A stretch of 64,000 nucleotides of DNA, taken from positions 7,479-71,478 of the forward strand of contig JBFYNF010000045.1 of the NCBI GenBank assembly GCA_041304525.1. Reading direction: 5' to 3'. The DNA comes from Thermoplasmata archaeon (GTDB lineage Archaea; Thermoplasmatota; Thermoplasmata; UBA10834). A program made the position numbers and the translations under genes. Each line of letters opens with the position of its first letter. Within the stretch, counting starts at the first letter, position 1. The notes beneath the pieces were generated by a model, which was not told the DNA's origin, did no database searches, and worked only from the letters and a program-made list of their open reading frames with translations. Positions 52,873 to 62,104 of this stretch are shown here, one piece after another.

Positions 52873-53958
52873 TCACGCCTCCTTCCAAGACATCCATCTG
52901 CTGGCAAGGATGAAGAACACCAGACCGAGCACGGTCACAATCAGTAGGTTCACGAGTGCGCTCGTCTCGTTCCCGAACACCATGGTGTCCCTGAGACCGT
53001 TGTTCAGGTACGTGAGAGGCATCGCCTTCGAGATTACCTGGAGGTACAAGGGCGATGCGCTCAGGTCCCAGAACGATCCCGAAAGGAACATCATCGGGAA
53101 ACCGATGACATTTGACACTGCGGCCGCCGACTCGGGGTCCTTCACCACAACACCGAGGAGCATCCCAAGACTCGTGAACATGAACGCCCCCGCCACGACC
53201 AGGATGAGTGACACCGGGGTCAGCACGGCCTTGAGATCGAAAGCGGCCATGGCAACTGCGAACGTGACCAGCAGCGAACCGATGAGCATGATCGAATTGA
53301 AGATGAACTTGGATGACAGCCATTCTGATTTCTTGAGCGTCGTCGTGGCGAGGAGCTTGAAGTATCCCCTAGACCTGTGCTCCGCGCATATCGACGTCAT
53401 GAAGTACATCGCGCTCACCATGACGGTCAATCCGACAAAGCCGGGGAGGAGGAAATCATATCCTGTGAACTGTTCCGAACCCGCGAACTGGACCTCGAAC
53501 GAGACTATGGGGCTCGCTCCCGTCAGGTTGTAGTTCATCTGATTTATGACTGCGTCAAGGACGCCCTGAGCAATCGGGAAGGACGAACGTGAGGTGTCAC
53601 CGCAGAGCACGACCGTTGCAGGCAAGGACGATGCCACGTTGGAGCTGAAGTTGGCCGGCACGCGCAGGGCCAAGGCAAGAGAGTTGTCGTTCACGTAGTC
53701 CACGATATCATCCTCGCCCTCTATCATCGAGATCTCGAAGTAGCCCGTCTGGTTGAGTATGTCCAGGAGAGCTGTGGAATACGGGCCCGTGTCGAGATTC
53801 TGAACGGGGAGGGATATCCCTCCGCCGTCGGGTGCGCTGAACACCGCGCCGAACAACAAGATGAGGAGGACCGGGAATATGAAGGAGAAGAACGGGCCAA
53901 TCTTGGTCCGGAGGTACTGTCGGCCGAAGGATATCGTGTCCGAGAGCAGCCTGTTCAT
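52873..53958 (-). CDS. ABC-2 type exporter permease
   Basis: N-terminal TM helix, a large extracytoplasmic loop, then a 5-TM cluster. Overlaps the upstream ATPase gene by 4 nt. Confidence 0.75.
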   Translation of the reverse strand: MNRLLSDTISFGRQYLRTKIGPFFSFIFPVLLILLFGAVFSAPDGGGISLPVQNLDTGPYSTALLDILNQTGYFEISMIEGEDDIVDYVNDNSLALALRVPANFSSNVASSLPATVVLCGDTSRSSFPIAQGVLDAVINQMNYNLTGASPIVSFEVQFAGSEQFTGYDFLLPGFVGLTVMVSAMYFMTSICAEHRSRGYFKLLATTTLKKSEWLSSKFIFNSIMLIGSLLVTFAVAMAAFDLKAVLTPVSLILVVAGAFMFTSLGMLLGVVVKDPESAAAVSNVIGFPMMFLSGSFWDLSASPLYLQVISKAMPLTYLNNGLRDTMVFGNETSALVNLLIVTVLGLVFFILASRWMSWKEA

Positions 53959-54893
53959 TCCTCCAGCACCCCCTCGTCCATCCTCGACCCTATCAGGCTA
54001 AGAAACACATCCTCCAGTGTCTCACGCCGGGTATACATCTCCTTGTAGCTGACCTCGATAGATGAGAGCTTCGCGAACATCTTCCTCAGCTCGGCCGGGT
54101 CCTCCACGGTTACGACCACGTCGCCGTTCCTGTCCAAAGCGGGTATTCCTCGCCTAGAGAGCTCTCTGAGCCCTTCGGGACCGGCTCCGACCAGCACGAT
54201 CGATGTCTTCTTCCCGTGTTCCGAGACCAGTTGCTCTGGAGCGCCCTGGGCGATGATCCTGCCTTTGTGCATTATGGCGACGTCGTCCGCTAACTTCTCC
54301 GCCTCGTCGAGATAGTGTGTTGTCAGGACCACCGTGGTGCCCCTCTTCTTCGTCTCCTCGATGAGTCTCCAGAGGTCACGTCTTGCCCGGGGGTCGAGTC
54401 CTGTCGTCGGTTCGTCCAGGAAGAGGAGTTCCGGGCTGTTCACCATCGAGAGGGCGATCCCGAGCTTCCTCTTCTCCCCGCCCGACAGGGTCTTTGACAT
54501 GACCTTCTGCCTCTCACCCAATCCGACGAGTTCAAGAGTCGCCGCAATCTCCTTCCTATCCAACTTCACCTCGAACAGATCGGCCCAGTAGCCGACCGCT
54601 TCGAACGGACTGAGCAGGTCGAAGGGTTCGAAGTTCTGCGGCAACACGCCGACGCGCTTCCTGATCTGGCCGTAACCCTTGGAGATGTCAGTCCCGAGAA
54701 CCGTCACGCTGCCGGATGTGGGCGCACGCAGGCCTTCGAGGATCTCTACCGTGGTTGTCTTCCCGGCCCCATTCGGGCCCAAGAGGGAGAACACTGTTCC
54801 TCTCTGGATCGAGAAGCTCACGCCATCCACAGCCATCGTGTCCGGAGGATATCTCTTCTGGAGGTCCACGACCTCCACAACAGGTCCGACCAT
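53955..54893 (-). CDS. ABC transporter ATP-binding protein (DrrA/CcmA-like)
   Basis: Walker A GPNGAGKTT, signature LSGGEKRKL, Walker B LLFLDEPT. Confidence 0.9.
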   Translation of the reverse strand: MVGPVVEVVDLQKRYPPDTMAVDGVSFSIQRGTVFSLLGPNGAGKTTTVEILEGLRAPTSGSVTVLGTDISKGYGQIRKRVGVLPQNFEPFDLLSPFEAVGYWADLFEVKLDRKEIAATLELVGLGERQKVMSKTLSGGEKRKLGIALSMVNSPELLFLDEPTTGLDPRARRDLWRLIEETKKRGTTVVLTTHYLDEAEKLADDVAIMHKGRIIAQGAPEQLVSEHGKKTSIVLVGAGPEGLRELSRRGIPALDRNGDVVVTVEDPAELRKMFAKLSSIEVSYKEMYTRRETLEDVFLSLIGSRMDEGVLEE

Positions 54894-55131
54894 GGAATGG
54901 TGGTACTGAATATCACGGCATTATATGTTTCCGCAAGTGCCTTCAAGACGCGCCGAATCCTACATCGTCCCCTGACAAGCTTTATGCGAGCCTTCGGAGA
55001 TATGCCTCTCGGGCCTAGTCAGTAAGCGCACTGACGGGCCGAGGGGGAGGGACGATTATGTCCTGTCGCAGAAGGGATGACAGTGTCAGTGGTATGACCG
55101 TCTGTGTTCGCCGGTTACGGAGGGGAGTCAG

Positions 55132-55878
55132 ATGATCACCTGCTACAGAGGCAGGCCTGAAGAGCACACGATGGTCGTACAAAACGGGAAGGTAGTCATG
55201 CAGGGTCGTGCCCTGAACTGCCTCGTGACAAGACGTCGCCATATACTGGCCATACCAGGTGCGTGCCTGACCGCTCGCATTAGCTTTCCCGCAAGAAGCT
55301 CGGACATGCAGCCGGTCGGGATCGATGGAGACCTGGTCTACAAGGTCGTGTCCCCATCAAGGGCGGCCTCGAACTTCGATTTCTCGGTCGACCCGAAGAC
55401 CAGCGATCACATATCAGACGGACCGGCCTCGCTCCGCAGAGCGGTCATATCCATCACAAGGGACCTGGTCAGGGACGAGGTCTCGCGGATGAGGGTGGAG
55501 AGCATCATCGGCAGAGAGCCGGCTGTCGGCAGGGCGGTGCTCGTCAGGTTGAGGCACTCCTCAAGACTGAGGGAGATGGGGGTCCGTCCGATGGATGTGT
55601 TCATCAAGGAACTGAAAGTGAGTCCCGATACCGCCAGGACCGTCGAAGAGAGGATGGTGCTCAACTGTGTCTCGGGCGAGACGGTCACGCCCGGAAGAGA
55701 CCGCGCAGTTGCCTGGAACCCGCCTGCGGAGGGGGGCTCCCAACACACGCATGACGGTGCATCGGCAGGAATGGAGTGCACGGACAACTGCCCCTTCAGG
55801 CATCTCTGTGGCGATTACAGGAGCGATGTCAGAGACGGGAAGGCTTGGTGCACCCTGTTTCGCGAGTTCTCCACGTGA
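55132..55878 (+). CDS. SPFH/band-7-like domain protein with Cys-rich C-terminus
   Basis: GGAGGGGA RBS. The central region is weakly SPFH-like (DGDLVYKVVSP...LRRAVISITRDLVRDEVSRMRVESII). The C-terminus reads ECTDNCPFRHLCGDY...WC. Confidence 0.4.
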   Translation: MITCYRGRPEEHTMVVQNGKVVMQGRALNCLVTRRRHILAIPGACLTARISFPARSSDMQPVGIDGDLVYKVVSPSRAASNFDFSVDPKTSDHISDGPASLRRAVISITRDLVRDEVSRMRVESIIGREPAVGRAVLVRLRHSSRLREMGVRPMDVFIKELKVSPDTARTVEERMVLNCVSGETVTPGRDRAVAWNPPAEGGSQHTHDGASAGMECTDNCPFRHLCGDYRSDVRDGKAWCTLFREFST

Positions 55879-56064
55879 GCGCGCGAGGTGCGTGCGCCAT
55901 ATTGTACGACTCGCGTGCAAACCGTAATCGACCCCGACCAACATCTCGTCCTTGGATGGACCATGCCGGCGCCCTCATGGAGTCCAGCAGATGCTCCAAA
56001 ACCGTTAAGTGCTGCATGAATATTGACCATCGTAGAAACACGTGCCAGTCATGGAGACGACCAC

Positions 56065-57582
56065 ATGAGACGGGACAAGTGGACCAGTATCCTGCTTATA
56101 GCCATCCTAGCGCTCTCGATTGCTTGCACCTCGGTAGCCGCTGAGCAGCCGGAGTTCATCCAGATAATCGACGTTGACACCTACGAGAAGACGCTGCGTG
56201 CGGGCGAGTCTGTCACCTACAACTGGACGATACGCAACATAGATTCCGCCGCGAACCTTACAGTATCGGCCGAGGTGCGCTTGGCCAATGACGGATGGAC
56301 CGCGGACCTCAGCACGTACGAGTTCGCACTGACGCCGGGGGAACTCACTTCGGTCACTGCGACCGTGCACGCGCCGTTCGAGAAGGGTGACGCCATTTCG
56401 AACCTCACGGTCGTGTTCGACGTCTTCGAGGACGGATACCTTGTGCAGGTGGCGTCCGTGAGTGCCTCTACGGAGATCCTGGGCGCGTTCGGGAGCGCCA
56501 ACAAGGTCCTCGGGCTCTTCGATAACCCTCTGCCGTCGCCGCTGGACAACGAGTGGGGCATATTCCTTCTCGACGTTGCCCTCTGGCTTGGCATCGCGTT
56601 CGGCATCGCGTATCTCATGGATGCGGTCGCGTACGGGTTCACCCGCAGGACGACGACCATGCTCGACGACATCATCCTCGGGATCGTCCGCACGCCCATG
56701 CTCCTGCTGGTGTTCGCATACGGGGTAGTCAACTCCCTGGATGCTCTCCACGAGCACATACCACTCGACATCCGGGATTTAGTCCTGTCATCTTACAGCG
56801 TCGTAGTCGTGATGGTCATATTCTACCTGGCGTACAAGCTGTTCAAGCAGATCCTGGTCTACTACGGCAAGATGATCGCCAAGAAGACCACGAGCAACAT
56901 CGACGATGTCCTCATACCAGTCGTGGAGAAGGTCGGTGTGGTAGTCATAGGCATAGCAGCACTCGGATATGTGCTGGACATCATGAGCGTCGACCTGACG
57001 ATGTTCGTGGCGGGCGGCGTGGTCATCTCTATGGTGCTCGCCTTCGCCGCTCAGGAGACCATATCCAACTTCTTCAGTGGCATATTCCTCCTGTTGGACA
57101 GGCCGTTTGCTGAAGAGGACATGATCATACTCTCTGACGGCGACTGGTGCGAGGTTCGCAGGATAGGCCTGAGGACCACTCGGTTGTACAGGTTCTCGGA
57201 TGCGACTATGATCTCGCTACCGAACAACAGGCTCGTCAACGACAAGATCGTCCGGGTGAGCAACGTGACAGACCCCGCAAGGGTCAACGTCGACGTCGGG
57301 GTGGCATACGGCTCTGACCCGAAGAAGGTCAGGAACGCCATAACGAAGGCCATCGAGGCGTGTCCCTACTCCCTCCTGAAGGACGAGGCGCGCAAGCCGA
57401 TCATACTGTTCGACAGCATGGGCGATTCTGCCCTGCTCTTCAAGATCATATGCTGGGTCAACGACAACGCCAAACGCGTGGAAGCGAAGGACAATCTCGT
57501 CGAAGAGGTATACCTTAAACTCACAGAGGCGGGTATCGAGATACCGTTCCCGCAGACGGTTGTCACAATCAAGAAGGAATGA
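56065..57582 (+). CDS. MscS-family mechanosensitive channel with N-terminal extracellular Ig-like domain
   Basis: Signal/TM, then a ~130-aa CARDB-like segment (SVTYNWTIRNIDSAANLTV). TM helices and the MscS core follow (FAAQETISNFFSGIFLLLDRPF..GD...V......V..IGLRTT). Confidence 0.8.
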   Translation: MRRDKWTSILLIAILALSIACTSVAAEQPEFIQIIDVDTYEKTLRAGESVTYNWTIRNIDSAANLTVSAEVRLANDGWTADLSTYEFALTPGELTSVTATVHAPFEKGDAISNLTVVFDVFEDGYLVQVASVSASTEILGAFGSANKVLGLFDNPLPSPLDNEWGIFLLDVALWLGIAFGIAYLMDAVAYGFTRRTTTMLDDIILGIVRTPMLLLVFAYGVVNSLDALHEHIPLDIRDLVLSSYSVVVVMVIFYLAYKLFKQILVYYGKMIAKKTTSNIDDVLIPVVEKVGVVVIGIAALGYVLDIMSVDLTMFVAGGVVISMVLAFAAQETISNFFSGIFLLLDRPFAEEDMIILSDGDWCEVRRIGLRTTRLYRFSDATMISLPNNRLVNDKIVRVSNVTDPARVNVDVGVAYGSDPKKVRNAITKAIEACPYSLLKDEARKPIILFDSMGDSALLFKIICWVNDNAKRVEAKDNLVEEVYLKLTEAGIEIPFPQTVVTIKKE

Positions 57583-57604
57583 AAGCCCGAAGGAGGGAAA
57601 CCGG

Positions 57605-58075
57605 ATGGCAGAGGACAAGCCAATAAGCGACATTAGGGTGTCGGATGTGCTCGACAGAGCGGCCAAGACCGTGAGCCCGGCTACCGTGCGCACGGACGCG
57701 ACCTTGCGCGACGCGGTCGATGCGATCATCGTGGACAGTGGGACAAGGAAGGTGTATGTCCTCACAGACGATGGCAAGCTCGCAGGGACCATCACGCTCG
57801 AAGTACTCCTGAGGCACGCAGGATACAAATTCGGTGTGCGATCAGTTGGGATGACGTCATTCCTGAGGATGCTGGCGGAAGTCACAGATGACAGCGTCAG
57901 GGAAGTCATGACCAAGCCGATAAGGGTCTCGAAGGACGAGCTCCTGGTCAATGCCACGAAGCTCATGGTGGAGCACCACCTGAACGACCTTCCAGTCGTG
58001 GATGAGGACGACCGGCTCGTGGCGGAGCTGAACGGCATCGACATACTGAGACTCAGTATCCGCCGCGGGAAATAA
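57605..58075 (+). CDS. CBS-domain pair protein
   Basis: Two CBS-like units (VSDVLDRAAKTVSPATV...VYVLTDDGKLAGTIT; VREVMTKPIRVSKDE...LPVVDEDDRLVAELN). Confidence 0.8.
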   Translation: MAEDKPISDIRVSDVLDRAAKTVSPATVRTDATLRDAVDAIIVDSGTRKVYVLTDDGKLAGTITLEVLLRHAGYKFGVRSVGMTSFLRMLAEVTDDSVREVMTKPIRVSKDELLVNATKLMVEHHLNDLPVVDEDDRLVAELNGIDILRLSIRRGK

Positions 58076-58322
58076 CGCGCCATTCACCAGGTCGGACGGA
58101 ACAGTTGATCCCACTGTAGCCGGTCCAGCGGAACCGGCTCTGCAAGCGTCCGCGAAGCCCGCGACTGATCCTGGCCAACATCCGCAATAGGCCAGACCAC
58201 GACGATGAGGCCATCATGGAACAGGAGGTTGACACACGCACGAAGACCTAATACACCCGTTCGGGAAGCATATTCACTGGAGCGAGAGCCTCCAATTCAA
58301 CTTCTACGACAGAGCGAGAGAC

Positions 58323-59147
58323 ATGTGCGGTCTGATGAGCATCGGACTTAGACCGAACGCGTCCGTCAAGGAGATGTTCTGCTACTTCATGATGCCAGAT
58401 GGTTCTGTCGTGAGCCTCAAGGATTCGATACCTTTGGACAGGCCGACCATGGAAGCGAAGGGGCTCAGGTTCGACATGCTCGAACCAGAGAAGAGATGGA
58501 AGGTCCACTTCGTCGGTGGGATGGAGAGGACCACTGAAAGGAAGATGAAGAAGAGTCACGTGGAACTGTCCCTCGAGTTCACCGCGCTCAACGAAGCCTT
58601 CGATTGCGGTCCGCGCGCATACAGACACGGGCAACAGGCATCCGAGGAGGTCACCCCGGGCGACCTAGCGCAGGTCGGGAGATTGAGGGGAAGGCTCTCC
58701 ACAGGACTGGACGAATTCGAGATCGACGCCCTAGGTGAGCGCAGACATTCATGGGGAGTGACTGACTGGGCCGCCCCCAAAGGGTGGACAAGGCTCACAT
58801 GCCAGTTCTCGGAATCTCACGCGCTGGTCCTGACCAGGCTCGTGACGGAGGAGGGAACCACTGACGCGGGATTCGTGTTCCAGGACGGAAGGAACATGTC
58901 CATCAAAATGGCCGAGCTCAACGTGAACGTGGACTTCGACAGGAACCCGAAGTCATTCGACTTGACCCTGCACGATGATGAGGGGGATGTCCACAAGGTG
59001 TTTGGATCCGCGGTGAAGAGAGTGGGAATCCATCTCAAGTCCTCCGACGGCGGCCCGGTGTTCGCCTTGAACGAGACCCTTACGAGATACACGATAGCGG
59101 GAAGGAACGGATACGGCATCGCGGAGCTCTTGAGCAAGACTGACTGA
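58323..59147 (+). CDS. hypothetical protein (N-terminus possibly incomplete)
   Basis: ORF from the first ATG. The same frame stays open upstream to 58233 and encodes a conserved-looking WSESLQFNFYD segment, but has no start codon. Confidence 0.45.
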   Translation: MCGLMSIGLRPNASVKEMFCYFMMPDGSVVSLKDSIPLDRPTMEAKGLRFDMLEPEKRWKVHFVGGMERTTERKMKKSHVELSLEFTALNEAFDCGPRAYRHGQQASEEVTPGDLAQVGRLRGRLSTGLDEFEIDALGERRHSWGVTDWAAPKGWTRLTCQFSESHALVLTRLVTEEGTTDAGFVFQDGRNMSIKMAELNVNVDFDRNPKSFDLTLHDDEGDVHKVFGSAVKRVGIHLKSSDGGPVFALNETLTRYTIAGRNGYGIAELLSKTD

Positions 59148-59168
59148 CCGCTGCCCGAACGGGGAGGG

Positions 59169-61925
59169 TCAGTCCGGTGTTTCGTCGAGCGATTCCAAGT
59201 TCCTCTTGGCCGCGGCCAGAGCCGCATCATCGCCCAGCAACTCTGCCTGTCCGACGGCTTCGACATACCGCGATCTCGCGGCTGTGTAATCCCCACGTTT
59301 CTCCTCGATGTTGCCAAGCATGAGATGGACCGCCACAAGCCCGGCCTTGTCTCCTGCTGCCCTCAACAGTCTCTCGGCGTCCCTGAGCTTGTCCGAAGCC
59401 CCATCCAAGTCGCCTGAACGCTCCTTCACCAGGGCGAACTCGACCTTGGCCTTGGAGCGGAGCACCGAGTCATCCAGTGACTCTGCCATGTTCGTCAAAC
59501 GTTCGATCTCGGCCTCGGCACCCTTCAGGTTCCCAGAAGACCTGAGCAGGCCGATGAGCGTGATGGACAAGGCGACATCACCGCGATCGTATCGCGCAGT
59601 CCTCTTGAGCAGGCCTGTCCTCTTCCTAAGCTCGGGCCTCGACAAGGCGTCGATGGCAATCTCGATTGCCTCACCCGTCCCGCCCTGAGCTCCGATGGAC
59701 TCCGAACACACGGCCTGGAGCCTCTTGAACTCCTCGAGCTCGCCAGCACGCCTGAATGCCTCGGACGATTCACGCAGTAGGGCAGTCATCTCATTCAGAC
59801 GCGCCTGTATCCTGAACAGTTCTGCGAGATTCTCCAACCCCCTGGCCTCACCTGCATGGTTCTTCACCGCATGTGCGAGCCTGACAGATTCCCTCAGCCG
59901 AGTCTCGGCGTCCTTGAGCCTGCCCTCGTCCCAATCGAGCAACGCCAGGTTGTTCATACATGCGGACTGGGCGCCCCTATCCTCACTCTTGCTAGCGAGT
60001 GACAGGGCCTCGGTATACGCCGCCCTCGCCTTTGCGAAGTCCCCGCGTTTCCTGTGCGCACCCCCTATGTTCAGCCACTCGCGTGTCTGCCCGCTCACAT
60101 CTCCGGTCTTCTCGTAGATTCTCAGAGCCTTCTCGTGAGCTTCGAACGATTCCGCAAACTGCTCGACTCGCGTCTTCAACTTCCCAAGCGACTCAAGCAC
60201 CTGTGCTCGTTCCTCACTGCCCTCGTCCTCCTGGAGCAGGTCCAGACAGGATTCGTAATGCCTCGCTGCGGAGGCGTCATCTCCGAGCATCTCGCTCAGT
60301 TGACCCATGTGGAAGAGCGTTCCGACTGACTCGGCAACAGAGGCCGGCTCAGCATTGATCAGTTCGAGATACTCGAGCGTCTCGTGAGGGAACTCGAGCG
60401 ACAAATCCTCGAAGGCATCTGTTGCCACTCGCCTGGCTGAGGCGATATCTCCAGCCTGGATATAGTGATGGAGGCTCTCGATCATCCAGTCGGCTCCTTC
60501 CCTGCCCTCGCAGTACCCTGCGGCCCTCCTGTGAAGCATCGCCCGTGAATCAGCGCCCAGTCGAGAGATGAAGAATTCGCGAAGAACGTCGTGGGTCCAC
60601 ACACCGTTCTCCTGTTCGACCACGAGGGCCTTATCCTTCAGGCCGATGAAGGCTGTGGCCTCTCTGTCAACGATTGCCTCCAGCGGGACTGGATGGCGAT
60701 AGACGGACAGGAGTTCGAGCATGCCACGCTCCTCTGGAGTCAGAGACATGCTGATCTCCCGGTCCATAAACGACAAGATGTCGCCCCTGGACTCGCCCAC
60801 GCCACTCCGGGACATGAGGCTCAGTAGCAATGGGTGACCACGGCTGGCATCCGCAGTCACAGCGGGGTCTTTCGCCTTCGCGCTCTCGGCGAACTTCCTT
60901 GCGGAAGCGTTGTCCAGCCCCGACAACTCCAACGTGACGTTTCCGTCCCCCGTCTTCGAGAAGAACTGAGGCAGCTCACGGGAAATCAGCACCGCCTTAC
61001 AGGTCCCGGAGGCTCTGACCGCTTCGAGAACCACCGCCAACGTCAGGCCGAGTCTCTCCGAAATCTTCTGGACATCATCCAGGAACAGTACCGCGTCAAA
61101 TCCGGCAAGGTCACTCAACAGTGGAGCGTACAGGCCGCCCACCACGGCCCCTCTTTCCCGTTCCTCAGCGGTAGATCGGCGGTTCGCAGACTCCAGAAAC
61201 TTCGACAGCACTGACACGAAGTGCTCCTCTGTGTCCCACGAATGGAAGGAGTACCAGAACAGGTGTTTCCGCCCTGAGAGCTCGTCAAACGCCTTGGATG
61301 CGAGTGAGGTCTTGCCGATGCCAGGGATGCCCCATATCAGCATGACTGACGAATCGCCGCTGACGTGGTTCATGATAGCCTTCCGCTCGTTCTCGCGCCC
61401 GTACAGAATCGGCATCTTCGGTCTGCCAAGCTCAGCCTCGACGTATCTCTCCTTCCTGACCGACGGCACGAGCTTCTTGGAGAGCTCGTCCGATCTCACC
61501 ACATCGATGCCACGAGCTATGTCCACGAGGTCGAGAAAACTGGGCGTGTAGCCAGTGAGTGCGCTGAAATGCTTGAACGCCTCGGCAAGGGTCATCTCCT
61601 CCGCCCGTCCCCTCTCCTCGTAGACCACCCGGGACTTCAGGAGGTTGTCCTTAACATCATTGGCAACCTTGTGCCCCTTCTCCGTCAGAAAGTATGCCCT
61701 CCGCCTTTTGGGGGCGCCGCGTATGTGCGCCAGCCTATCCATGACAACACCATCCGACTCCAGCACGGACAAGGCCCTTGATACGTTATGGACCTGAGTT
61801 CCCAGGCGGTTGGCAATGCCCTCCTGACTTGCGCCCAGGGGTACCTCCGGTTCCGCCCTGTGGCCATCCATCTCCAGCAGATGGAGCATTAGTCGTTCGT
61901 TCTGGGATACAACTGGGCGGGGCAT
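59169..61925 (-). CDS. wHTH - STAND/AAA-type NTPase - TPR repeat protein
   Basis: N-terminal MarR-like wHTH (IANRLGTQVHNVSRALSVLESDGVV...RRAYFLTEKG). P-loop IWGIPGIGKTSLA and Walker B VLFLDDVQ. The C-terminal ~450 aa are TPR-like repeats. Confidence 0.75.
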   Translation of the reverse strand: MPRPVVSQNERLMLHLLEMDGHRAEPEVPLGASQEGIANRLGTQVHNVSRALSVLESDGVVMDRLAHIRGAPKRRRAYFLTEKGHKVANDVKDNLLKSRVVYEERGRAEEMTLAEAFKHFSALTGYTPSFLDLVDIARGIDVVRSDELSKKLVPSVRKERYVEAELGRPKMPILYGRENERKAIMNHVSGDSSVMLIWGIPGIGKTSLASKAFDELSGRKHLFWYSFHSWDTEEHFVSVLSKFLESANRRSTAEERERGAVVGGLYAPLLSDLAGFDAVLFLDDVQKISERLGLTLAVVLEAVRASGTCKAVLISRELPQFFSKTGDGNVTLELSGLDNASARKFAESAKAKDPAVTADASRGHPLLLSLMSRSGVGESRGDILSFMDREISMSLTPEERGMLELLSVYRHPVPLEAIVDREATAFIGLKDKALVVEQENGVWTHDVLREFFISRLGADSRAMLHRRAAGYCEGREGADWMIESLHHYIQAGDIASARRVATDAFEDLSLEFPHETLEYLELINAEPASVAESVGTLFHMGQLSEMLGDDASAARHYESCLDLLQEDEGSEERAQVLESLGKLKTRVEQFAESFEAHEKALRIYEKTGDVSGQTREWLNIGGAHRKRGDFAKARAAYTEALSLASKSEDRGAQSACMNNLALLDWDEGRLKDAETRLRESVRLAHAVKNHAGEARGLENLAELFRIQARLNEMTALLRESSEAFRRAGELEEFKRLQAVCSESIGAQGGTGEAIEIAIDALSRPELRKRTGLLKRTARYDRGDVALSITLIGLLRSSGNLKGAEAEIERLTNMAESLDDSVLRSKAKVEFALVKERSGDLDGASDKLRDAERLLRAAGDKAGLVAVHLMLGNIEEKRGDYTAARSRYVEAVGQAELLGDDAALAAAKRNLESLDETPD

Positions 61926-62104
61926 CTCGCAACCTCGAACGAGATTGGTTCCTAATACCCCTTTCGCATGAAATATCCGATTCCGAAAGCACCTGGATGA
62001 GGCATGGGAGGGTGCAAATCAGGTGCAAAACAATCCTCAGGGTTCAAATACCCCGGGGATACCTCGTGAGGGCAGAGACGCCTCAAACAGGAGGTAGGAA
62101 GAAC

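Noticed and set aside
61778-62104. 109-aa N-terminal extension of the secreted protein ORF overlapping the divergent STAND gene
   Set aside because: A strong RBS plus a classical signal peptide begin at 62105. The extension overlaps the STAND gene's 5' end and the divergent promoter spacer.
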